A DNA stretch of 64,000 nt from a virus. The notes below the pieces were generated by a model. The model had not been told where the DNA came from, did not search any database, and saw only the letters and a list, made by a program, of their open reading frames with translations. The position numbers and the translations under genes are program-made. This document shows, piece by piece, positions 1 through 8,417 of this stretch. The DNA is taken from the IMG/VR virus record IMGVR_UViG_3300042888_002665. The stretch is one strand, 5' to 3'. Each line of letters starts with the position of its first letter. Position 1 is the first letter of the stretch.

Positions 1-314
1 AACAACATAGCTGCGTCAAATAATATCTCCTTTTCATTAGACTTAATCGACCTAGCTTCTTTAGTAAATGCGCAAACATCATATACTGTTCTGTCAGTTA
101 ATAGATTATCATTAAATAATTCACTCGCACGCTCAGCAATGAAAACCAACTGACCTTTAACACTAGAGTCAGTATTTAATGGGATACCTAAATCACTCAA
201 GTATTTAGATCGTTCAACACACCCAGTATAATCCTTAAACTCATCTAATTCTAATAATGCTTTAACCAATGTAGTTTTACCTACAGACATTGTACCTGCT
301 AAACCTATTTTCAT
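1..314 (-). CDS. P-loop NTPase/kinase (AAA_28/NadR-like), runs off the window edge
   Basis: Manual translation from ATG at 314: MKIGLAGTMSVGKTTLVKALL (Walker A) ... LLTDRTVYD; ATGA overlap with the 311-631 ORF. Confidence 0.75.
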   Translation of the reverse strand, partial: MKIGLAGTMSVGKTTLVKALLELDEFKDYTGCVERSKYLSDLGIPLNTDSSVKGQLVFIAERASELFNDNLLTDRTVYDVCAFTKEARSIKSNEKEILFDAAML

Positions 315-631
315 CGTGCTAACCCTAATTTAATTGCTTTGTTGTGACTAACTTCCTTACCATTCTTTGGATTGATGTATGTTCTATGAGCAACAGGAAT
401 CCAATGATTATCTCTATGAGTATAATCAAGAATATGATTATATCCCTTAGGATAAAAACATTCTACCGATATAGGTCCGGATGGATTTTTGTCTAGGTCG
501 TATGTCCATACATCTCTCGTACCATCTGCATGATTAAATTCACGAGTATATTTACGTTTTTGTGGTTGGATCACACCTTCAGTAATTAACGTTTCACGAT
601 TTTTGGGTCTACCCCGTCTTTCTGATTTCAT
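311..631 (-). CDS. hypothetical protein with N-terminal AT-hook-like RRGRPK
   Basis: ORF track; promoter motif at 652-669. Confidence 0.7.
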   Translation of the reverse strand: MKSERRGRPKNRETLITEGVIQPQKRKYTREFNHADGTRDVWTYDLDKNPSGPISVECFYPKGYNHILDYTHRDNHWIPVAHRTYINPKNGKEVSHNKAIKLGLAR

Positions 632-677
632 AATATTAATGTTTGTTTAATATAAATATAATTAGGAAACAAATATT

Positions 678-2006
678 TTACTCTACTCCTGTTATTTGTT
701 CTAGTATATCTCTTTGAATGAGTTTTTCAGCAACATAAATACCGTGTGCACCTGATACTGTAATTCCACGAGCTGATAATGCATCACCTACAAAGTGTAC
801 ATTAGGGTAATCGTTCAATGATAAATCATGATAACGAACTAATGGTTCAGGTGATAAGTACTTAACTTCAGGAATGTACATTCCCCAATCATCACCCATT
901 TCAGGGAATACTTGTTTCATATCTTGAATAAAATCCCAAATATATTTAAAATATCCATCAAGTGCAGGTTCAACTACATGAGCAAGTGTATCTAAACTAA
1001 TTCGAGTAGCTGATACATCATTACCTTCTGATGTTGTAGATGGAGTTCTAGATGGAGAGTAATACAATCCAGTTCCGTGTTTTTGTAGGGTTTGCACTAC
1101 ATTTCTACTCCAAGCAAATGGATCTTCGATACCCTTAATTTCCATTAAGATACCGAAGTTGGTCATATTGTTCCGGAATTCTTCCCCCTTTTTGGCATGA
1201 CCATTGTAAGTAATATCACCATAAGTTTCCTCAACGGCCACATAAGCAGCGTTATTATTAGTGCAGAAACTACGAAGAGATACGTTATCGAATTTCTGAT
1301 AAAGTTTGAAATCATAGCTGATATCGATTAATTTTTGAAAATATTTTTGTGGCGCTTCAAATCGAACACCAATTTGTACTGATTTAGGTTCATTAGGTAA
1401 TTCATAGTCGTCTGCTAATTTTTGTGCAAAGTCAATACCTGATTTGCCTACTGCAAATATTAATTCATCATATGATATTACTTCTAAACTATCTTTAATA
1501 TCAATATATTCGGCTTTAAAATCAATAGCTGATACTTCTGCATTCCATTTAAATGTAACACCCCTATCAGTTAAATACGAATACCACGCTTTAGCAATTT
1601 CATGTAAATAATTTGAACCAATATGCCATACTGGAAATAAACGTAATCCAAAATATGGTTTGATAAAATCAGGTTCAGCAATTGGATCAGACATAAATAT
1701 TTCGTCTGGTTTAGGATGAAAACGAGTAAAGTTATCTACTACTTGTTTCATTAATTCCATTGCTTTATCTTCACCACAATACTTAGCTAACTGACCACCG
1801 ATTTCAGTATGATAAGTTAATTTACCATCTGACCATCCACCAGCACCTAACATACCTGTCATTACTTCTTCAGGTAAACGATTATGCGGATCATTACCTT
1901 TATCAATGATTGTGATTAATTCACCGGGATATCCATTATCCACTAATTTGGTAGCAGCGTTAATACCTGCTACCCCAGCACCTACGATTATAATTTTTTT
2001 GTCCAT
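678..2006 (-). CDS. FAD/NAD-dependent oxidoreductase (COG2509-like uncharacterized dehydrogenase)
   Basis: IIIVGAGVAG Rossmann motif, GAGGWSDGKL, HIGS, C-terminal HFVGDA..RGI; start trimmed to MDKKII (2006) because the upstream extension overlaps a promoter/terminator. Confidence 0.85.
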   Translation of the reverse strand: MDKKIIIVGAGVAGINAATKLVDNGYPGELITIIDKGNDPHNRLPEEVMTGMLGAGGWSDGKLTYHTEIGGQLAKYCGEDKAMELMKQVVDNFTRFHPKPDEIFMSDPIAEPDFIKPYFGLRLFPVWHIGSNYLHEIAKAWYSYLTDRGVTFKWNAEVSAIDFKAEYIDIKDSLEVISYDELIFAVGKSGIDFAQKLADDYELPNEPKSVQIGVRFEAPQKYFQKLIDISYDFKLYQKFDNVSLRSFCTNNNAAYVAVEETYGDITYNGHAKKGEEFRNNMTNFGILMEIKGIEDPFAWSRNVVQTLQKHGTGLYYSPSRTPSTTSEGNDVSATRISLDTLAHVVEPALDGYFKYIWDFIQDMKQVFPEMGDDWGMYIPEVKYLSPEPLVRYHDLSLNDYPNVHFVGDALSARGITVSGAHGIYVAEKLIQRDILEQITGVE

Positions 2007-2025
2007 AATAAATTTTAAATTGCTT

Positions 2026-2065
2026 TTAAATATAATTAAGAAAGGCCCAATCTTTCGATTGGGCC
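2026..2065 (-). terminator. stem-loop terminator fused to promoter motif
   Basis: Minus strand GGCCCAATC-GAAA-GATTGGGCC then TTTCTTAATTATATTTAA. Confidence 0.8.
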
Positions 2066-2110
2066 ACAGATCCATTTTTAATATTAAGTCGAACGGCTAT
2101 GAATCGTTCT

Positions 2111-3100
2111 TTAAATTTTTAATAATCCTTCTGGATTTATTATAATAGCACCTCCGTTAATATAGGTATTATTTAATATGTCGTCAGTTGATAAATTATT
2201 GATACCTTCTTCAGTTACTTTTCTAAATGATATTTTTCCATTTTCAGTAACATTTGCCATATATCCTCCAAATCCAGGTTTTTTAGCAAATTTAATAAGT
2301 AATATCTGTTTTAATAATTTAGCAGCGCCTTCATTACTATCAAACGAAGACTCTAAATTCAATAATTGTAATAAAGAATCTACTTTAGCATAAATATTCC
2401 CAATCAAAGAATACTTATCGGATAATTCTCTTAAATCTGAACTGCTAAAATCTCTTAAAGTATTAAACGTATTAGTTAAGTCTACTTTATTAAAATTTGT
2501 TGATGTTGATACTTTTTTACTTGCTCCTTTACTTTCTAAAGATGAAACTAAAGCATCTAAACCAAATAATGTATTTAATAATTCAATATTTGCTTTATCT
2601 GAACCGAATTTACCTAAAGTCATACGATTAGTATCATATGCTTTTACTTCAACTCCAACTCCATCAATATTCAAATCCGGATTATCTCCTCCTTGAGTAC
2701 CTATAGCATCATGTCCTGCCTGATGGGCAAATAACCAATATAAAGCAATTTCACCATTTCCAGTTCCTTTAGAACCAGCACTGCCTACTTCTTTCCCACC
2801 TTTTGGAGGAGATATTGGGTATAATCTTTTAAATATTTCTCCATCATTCCCACTTAAAGAAATATTAGCACCTAAAGAATATTTACCTTGAACTGCAGGC
2901 ACTGCTTCAACATTTAAAGCAGATTGTATTGTTTTGTCATACAATTCTGTTTCTTCAGTTATTGGGCGGTGTTTTAAATCTAATTCTAATTCAGATAAAA
3001 TTTCTTGCATTAATTTTTTATCTGAAGGATCCGTTAGATTAGGATATCCTTTAGGAAAACGATATGAGTATTGCTTTAAAAATCTATCTATAACATTCAT
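2111..3100 (-). CDS. hypothetical protein with PD-(D/E)xK nuclease-like motif
   Basis: GNGEIALYW...NPDLNIDGVGVEVKAY fits PD...ExK. Confidence 0.5.
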   Translation of the reverse strand: MNVIDRFLKQYSYRFPKGYPNLTDPSDKKLMQEILSELELDLKHRPITEETELYDKTIQSALNVEAVPAVQGKYSLGANISLSGNDGEIFKRLYPISPPKGGKEVGSAGSKGTGNGEIALYWLFAHQAGHDAIGTQGGDNPDLNIDGVGVEVKAYDTNRMTLGKFGSDKANIELLNTLFGLDALVSSLESKGASKKVSTSTNFNKVDLTNTFNTLRDFSSSDLRELSDKYSLIGNIYAKVDSLLQLLNLESSFDSNEGAAKLLKQILLIKFAKKPGFGGYMANVTENGKISFRKVTEEGINNLSTDDILNNTYINGGAIIINPEGLLKI

Positions 3101-3564
3101 TATGCTTCTGCAGGTGTTTCTTCAGCCGGTGCCTCTTCAGGAGCAGCATTTAGATTTTGAGATGGTGTAGCAGCTCCTTTATCAGGATTGATAGGACCTA
3201 CAATTAATAGCTCTTGTATTGCTTTAATTGCACGTTGTTCTTCACCTAAATTAGTTAAGTTATATTGTGTACCAGCTACACGAGCAGTGAATTCAGAACC
3301 ATTCCAAATTAAATGATATGTATTGAAATTCTTTAGTGTAATTTTGAATGTAGTAGGACGAGGTGCTATCCATTCAATATTTTCAACGAATGCAGTAAAG
3401 TCTTCAGACATTAATGTAATTAATGTTTCTTGAAGTTTAGGGAATTTCTCCAACATTGGAGAATATTTAAAAGCAGCAGCCGTTGGGGTCTCTAACTTTT
3501 CAGTGTTACCCGCAATCTTTTGAGCTGCTGCTCTTACTTTATCTGCTAATTCCTTTTTAGTCAT
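3100..3564 (-). CDS. hypothetical protein, acidic Ala/Glu/Pro tail
   Basis: ORF track; abuts both neighbours. Confidence 0.7.
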   Translation of the reverse strand: MTKKELADKVRAAAQKIAGNTEKLETPTAAAFKYSPMLEKFPKLQETLITLMSEDFTAFVENIEWIAPRPTTFKITLKNFNTYHLIWNGSEFTARVAGTQYNLTNLGEEQRAIKAIQELLIVGPINPDKGAATPSQNLNAAPEEAPAEETPAEA

Positions 3565-3566
3565 TA

Positions 3567-3995
3567 TTACAATTGAGTAGAATCGATTGCAACTTCTTCA
3601 ACTGATTCTTCAGTTTCTAGAACTTCATCTTTTTCCTCTGGCTTCTCGTCTTTTTTGTCAGACTTAGCACTTTTTTTCTTACCTTTTTTATCAGCGTCTT
3701 TACCGCCTGACATTTTTTCCTCAAGTTCCAATCGAGCACCTTCATATTCATTTATTGATTTGTCCATCTCTTCCATTACTTTAGCGTATAATTTTTCGCC
3801 TAAATAGTGAGATAAGTTAATTTTTTCCATTAATCCTTTTACTTTACCCGCTTTATCAGCTTCTTGCTGAATACGAGCCATTTTTGCTTCGTTTGCTGCG
3901 ATATCACCAGCCTCATCAATTTGAGCGATACGGTGAGAAACTGCTTCAGCAATCATTGACTTAACTAAAGCACGTAATTTTTCTTTCTGATTCAT
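3567..3995 (-). CDS. hypothetical highly charged protein (possible head core/internal protein)
   Basis: ORF track; N-terminal LRALVKSMIAEA, Lys/Glu-rich C-terminus. Confidence 0.6.
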   Translation of the reverse strand: MNQKEKLRALVKSMIAEAVSHRIAQIDEAGDIAANEAKMARIQQEADKAGKVKGLMEKINLSHYLGEKLYAKVMEEMDKSINEYEGARLELEEKMSGGKDADKKGKKKSAKSDKKDEKPEEKDEVLETEESVEEVAIDSTQL

Positions 3996-4624
3996 TATTT
4001 TTTAAGTTTTATTTTCCAAGCTAAGTTGAAACCAATATATTTATTTAGATTGTTATCCAAATATACATTCAGTCCATAAATATTGTCTTTCTTTGTTTTC
4101 AATGTAAGTTGTGGACCAACTAATACATTTGAATTTCCTACTACACCTGATATACCAGCATATACTTGGTTTTTAGGTAGTTCTTTTACTATTTTAGTGT
4201 CAGTAATTGTACGTTCTTTAATTTGAGCACTCCATTTACGTCCAATAATTTTATTCATTGATATAGTATCAGTTAACTCAATTGTACCTAAATTATTATC
4301 TAGCACTAATTTATCTTTATATAATACTTTTTTATTATATTCTTGTACTATTCTAATAGTATCGCCTTTTAAATAAATAGGTACTTCAACACGTTTTTCC
4401 TTTTCAACTATAGTTTCATGGTATATATCTTCACCTTTAACGTATTTTGTTTTATAGTGATCTATAACAACAGTATCTATTTTTTGTTTTAATAATTCAT
4501 AGTTTTTACCATCCACGTTTACTAGCGGCTTATCGCTGTCTTCTTTAGACGTGCATTGTTGAACAACAATCACTCCAACTAACACCAATATAATGATAAT
4601 GAAGAAATTTGCTTTAGTAATCAT
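3995..4624 (-). CDS. membrane-anchored protein (N-terminal TM ending QQC; possibly spanin-like)
   Basis: FFIIIILVLVGVIVVQQC hydrophobic segment, beta-rich C-terminus. Confidence 0.5.
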   Translation of the reverse strand: MITKANFFIIIILVLVGVIVVQQCTSKEDSDKPLVNVDGKNYELLKQKIDTVVIDHYKTKYVKGEDIYHETIVEKEKRVEVPIYLKGDTIRIVQEYNKKVLYKDKLVLDNNLGTIELTDTISMNKIIGRKWSAQIKERTITDTKIVKELPKNQVYAGISGVVGNSNVLVGPQLTLKTKKDNIYGLNVYLDNNLNKYIGFNLAWKIKLKK

Positions 4625-4636
4625 ATCTTTATTGTT

Positions 4637-5956
4637 TTACCATTTTTTACAAGACCAATAATTAGCTTTCCAACGTGGTCCTGGATTACTGCAATTATGT
4701 CTTGCTCTATACGCTGCACGGCGTTTTGGATTTTTAGCTTTAATAACCATTCGTTTACCTTTAGCTGATTTACCTCCAAAACCGAAGTTAACTTTTACAA
4801 CTTTACCTTTAGCGTTTTTAACGTATACTTTAAATTTTTTAATATCTCCTTGCATGATTTTACCTAATTGAACTTTACGTCCTCGGTATTCAGCTTCGGT
4901 TAATTTAGATTCAGTTAATTGACGAGAGTATTCCTTCATAAACATAATGAATCCCTCATAATCCTCTTTACTTTCTACATCATATTCTTCAGTTAAATCA
5001 GCTCCAATATCGTTTACATCTTGGTATGCATATTTATTTGAAGGTTCGATAGTACCTAAAATTACTTGTGGGTTTATACCTTTTGCTCTAGCAACCATTA
5101 AACGAGTATTACCACCTACTAAATAATACTTATTCGGAGAATATTGGAGAATCAACGCGGGAGGTGTTTTTTCAGCGGCTAATATGCTTTGAATATCTTT
5201 GCCGTAATAACGCGCCAATTCAATCGCTTCTTCCTCGGAATTTATATCGTATGAGTCGGTATTTTCTAAACGACTCCACATTTCATCAGTTAATGTAACT
5301 TCTTTGCCACTTGTGAATGAATTATATACTACATCATATGGTAGACCTAATTCATCTGCTGTACGTTCTATTTCCTCGTTTTCGGCTTGTAAAATAGGAA
5401 TCCACAATAGTGGAGATTTACTTTCTAAACGTACTTTAGCTTTATCTGTATTTGGAACAACACGATCGCCTTTACGATCAGCAGCAGCTTTTTTACGAGC
5501 AGTAGCAGCGCGTTCTTCTTTAGATAATGAATTTGCTTTAGCACGAGGTAAGCAACGAGTTGTTGCTTGGCCTTTTTTCATCGTACCACACGGACCTGTT
5601 ATATTACCTTGGGTATCGATTCGTACCCAATCTTCCTTTTTAAACCAATCACGTAGTGATTCGTTCATGTCATACTTTTCAGTATTATCATGTCCGCACT
5701 TATGACAAAGAAATGGTTCTTTACCGCCGTCTTCTAAATTCCATTCCCAACCGCAGTTTTCACATTCGACTGTTTCTTCATCTCCTTCCATTAATCCCTT
5801 ACATACTTTAACAGCACGACCCGATAAATAAGCAGATGGTACTTCACCAGCAGCTATACGACGATTATAATAAGCTCTACCTTTAGGGCATAGCTTTTTT
5901 TCTATAAGTGATTGAATAGATTCACTAATTAATTTATGTAGTTCTTCTTCAGTCAT
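4637..5956 (-). CDS. mosaic multi-module protein (Cys/basic modules, Zn ribbon, ParB-like domain)
   Basis: LCPKGRAY..AVKVCKG; CENC..CHKC; LRDWFKKEDWV..GPCG..RCLP; ParB-like YYLVGGNTRL; C-terminal ARHNC..ANYWSCKKW. Confidence 0.6.
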   Translation of the reverse strand: MTEEELHKLISESIQSLIEKKLCPKGRAYYNRRIAAGEVPSAYLSGRAVKVCKGLMEGDEETVECENCGWEWNLEDGGKEPFLCHKCGHDNTEKYDMNESLRDWFKKEDWVRIDTQGNITGPCGTMKKGQATTRCLPRAKANSLSKEERAATARKKAAADRKGDRVVPNTDKAKVRLESKSPLLWIPILQAENEEIERTADELGLPYDVVYNSFTSGKEVTLTDEMWSRLENTDSYDINSEEEAIELARYYGKDIQSILAAEKTPPALILQYSPNKYYLVGGNTRLMVARAKGINPQVILGTIEPSNKYAYQDVNDIGADLTEEYDVESKEDYEGFIMFMKEYSRQLTESKLTEAEYRGRKVQLGKIMQGDIKKFKVYVKNAKGKVVKVNFGFGGKSAKGKRMVIKAKNPKRRAAYRARHNCSNPGPRWKANYWSCKKW

Positions 5957-5967
5957 TTTTATATAGA

Positions 5968-6384
5968 TTATTTATCTGTTATAGGACCTCCAACAACCCA
6001 AGCATTACATGTTCTAGCAGCAGCACATTTAAATTTTAAAAATCTGCAGTATCCTAATTCTCCAGCATTTATTACATCGAATGGGTCTTCTGTTCCTTCA
6101 TCATCGCCTATTCCTTTAGCAATACAATCTAGTGTTTTAGTTGTAATATCGAATGCAGCACAATTAGCACATAATGATTTTTTAGCTTCTTCTGCAGAAT
6201 CTAATTTCCACATGTCAACTTTAACTTGCCAAAATTTTTCATTTGGTTCATTAGGATTTAATGGACCATATCCATACTCATTAATTGCCTTTTGTCTATT
6301 TTCAAGATTAAGTTCTATGTTTTGAGTTGGAGCAGGACACTCATTTATCTCAACTTCACTTAATATATTGATTAATTTAATCAT
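5968..6384 (-). CDS. Cys-rich HiPIP-like (putative Fe-S) protein
   Basis: CANCAAF...GYC...RTCNAW resembles HiPIP ligand spacing. Confidence 0.5.
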   Translation of the reverse strand: MIKLINILSEVEINECPAPTQNIELNLENRQKAINEYGYGPLNPNEPNEKFWQVKVDMWKLDSAEEAKKSLCANCAAFDITTKTLDCIAKGIGDDEGTEDPFDVINAGELGYCRFLKFKCAAARTCNAWVVGGPITDK

Positions 6385-6587
6385 TATTTTCCTTTATTTT
6401 TTATCTTATAATATATCTGTACTCCTAACCACCCAATAGATAGGATGTAAAATAGACCAGTAAGTACAGGATTTAACATAGAAAAGAAGCTATTAAATAA
6501 TGCTATACACGTTGTTGCTACCCCGGCAGCATTTAGCTCATTTGATTGATGCATTTTATTAAGAAGAGATAAAAATGTTATGACCAT
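6384..6587 (-). CDS. small two-TM membrane protein (holin-like)
   Basis: Two hydrophobic segments, basic C-terminus KIKNKGK. Confidence 0.45.
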   Translation of the reverse strand: MVITFLSLLNKMHQSNELNAAGVATTCIALFNSFFSMLNPVLTGLFYILSIGWLGVQIYYKIKNKGK

Positions 6588-6592
6588 AAATA

Positions 6593-7180
6593 TTAACTAT
6601 TTAATTTAGCACGGGATTCTTCTATGTCTTTCATTACTTGTTCGCGTATTTTCTGTTTATCTAAAGCTTTTACATGCCAATCTTCAATATCACCTTGTTC
6701 AGTTACGAATCCATTATTTGAACTCATCGAATCTAAAAATGAATCAAATCCATTTACAAATTCATCTAATGCAAAATTAGCATTTGCTTTAACAATTTTA
6801 TCTTCGTATTCTTGATATTTACCATCTATTTTAAGTTGTGATTCCATTTTAATTACACAATCAAAACAAGTTTTATGAAGTATAAACATTTTTTTATCAT
6901 ATTCAGTTTTCATAGGTTTTGAACATGATGGGCATAATAATGGAGTAAATACAGCTTTTTTAGCTCTATCTAATTTAGTAACGCTCATTTTAATGCCGTT
7001 TCTTAATGTCCATTTTCTACCAAACTCCTCCCAAACATCACCTTCATTTCGGTCGATTTGTTTAGTAGTATATCCTACTTGTGTTTGAGTAGCTTCACCT
7101 TGCTTGCCCGACAGTAGATTACGAATACGTTGTACGTCTCGTTTTTGGAATTCTTTTTTTAATAACGTTTCTCTTGACAT
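6593..7180 (-). CDS. Zn-finger protein
   Basis: CPSC...CFDC. Confidence 0.6.
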   Translation of the reverse strand: MSRETLLKKEFQKRDVQRIRNLLSGKQGEATQTQVGYTTKQIDRNEGDVWEEFGRKWTLRNGIKMSVTKLDRAKKAVFTPLLCPSCSKPMKTEYDKKMFILHKTCFDCVIKMESQLKIDGKYQEYEDKIVKANANFALDEFVNGFDSFLDSMSSNNGFVTEQGDIEDWHVKALDKQKIREQVMKDIEESRAKLNS

Positions 7181-7181
7181 A

Positions 7182-8417
7182 TTATAACCCTAATTTTTGT
7201 AGTTGTTTTATTGTTGATTCTGTAGATGTATGGCGAATACCAATTCCACCTGCATCTATCCATTGTTGGATATTATCTTTTCTATCATCAATTAATATAG
7301 CATTTGGTTCTGCTAAATCTTTTTTATCTTTTGCTTGTTTAAATATAACTGGAGTAGAAGGTAAATTATTATTTATCCATTCTTGTTTACCTATTTCTGA
7401 TGATTGTTCACGTGATGGAGCAGTTAATAATTTAGGATTATATTGTTTAATGTAATCCCATAATTGTTGTCCATCAGACATCCAATTTAACTCAGCCCAA
7501 AATTTAGCACCTGCTTTAGTAATTGCAGACCAAAAATCATTTTTATCGTATGTTGAATCAACACCCGGTGTTTGCTTGCCTGTTAAATCATTATACCCAC
7601 GTTCAAAATCAACTAGTACCCCATCCATATCACAATATACTTTATATTGTTGTTCGCCTTCAGCTAACATCGCAATTTTAGATTTAGCTGAATCTAGTGT
7701 ATCAGTTTGGGGAATTTGTTTAACTAATAAAATTATATCTTGATTTAATTGTTCAGCATCTGCTTTAGCTTTAGCTTGTTCTTCTGGTGTTTTAGGTTTG
7801 CTAGTGAATTTAGCTGTATCAAAGTATAATTTTTTAACTTCAGCGGGATCAAATGTTTTATTAGCATCTTCAGGATCGTTATTAATTAATATAAAACGAT
7901 CACCAAATTCTTGACGATATATCTCAATGTTTTTGTTTGTATCTCTCCAAGTACGTAACACAATTTGAGGTAGTAATGAACGTTCGCGTTCAGCATTACG
8001 CTTTAAAGATGTCATAGGTGAAACATATAACATTAACATCATTGTATCGTATCCTAATGCTTCTAATTCTGCTTTCTTTTTGAATAGCGGTTTAGAGGCA
8101 GCACCAGTACCATCAATAATAACGTTATTTAATCCTTCAAGCGCTTTAGCATATTTTTCTTTAGTAGCTCCTTGAGCTTGGCCCATTAATTTAGCTGCTT
8201 GAGATAATTCTTCAGGACCAAAATCTTTTAAATTAGTACCTAAACCAGATGATTTAAGTAATTCTTCGTATGTATCGTCTACATTTATTACTTGATATTT
8301 TTCAACTGGAAGTAATTGTTTTAATGTATAAGTTTTACCTGAGCCAGCAGGACCAGCTAAAAATATTGCTTTAGGTTTACCAGTTATTTCTTGTAGTATA
8401 TCAAATAATTTTATCAT
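7182..8417 (-). CDS. fusion: zeta-toxin/AAA_33-like P-loop kinase + HAD 5'(3')-deoxyribonucleotidase-like domain
   Basis: LAGPAGSGKT Walker A, INVDD, IIDGT; C-terminal YCDMDGVLVDF, LLTAP, ILIDDRKDNI. Confidence 0.8.
   Translation of the reverse strand: MIKLFDILQEITGKPKAIFLAGPAGSGKTYTLKQLLPVEKYQVINVDDTYEELLKSSGLGTNLKDFGPEELSQAAKLMGQAQGATKEKYAKALEGLNNVIIDGTGAASKPLFKKKAELEALGYDTMMLMLYVSPMTSLKRNAERERSLLPQIVLRTWRDTNKNIEIYRQEFGDRFILINNDPEDANKTFDPAEVKKLYFDTAKFTSKPKTPEEQAKAKADAEQLNQDIILLVKQIPQTDTLDSAKSKIAMLAEGEQQYKVYCDMDGVLVDFERGYNDLTGKQTPGVDSTYDKNDFWSAITKAGAKFWAELNWMSDGQQLWDYIKQYNPKLLTAPSREQSSEIGKQEWINNNLPSTPVIFKQAKDKKDLAEPNAILIDDRKDNIQQWIDAGGIGIRHTSTESTIKQLQKLGL

Noticed and set aside
2007-2075. 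N-terminal extensions given by the ORF track (also 32700-32771, 42129-42206, 44771-44806, 58145-58177)
   Set aside because: They overlap promoter/terminator cassettes or upstream genes; the downstream ATGs have the typical A-rich leader
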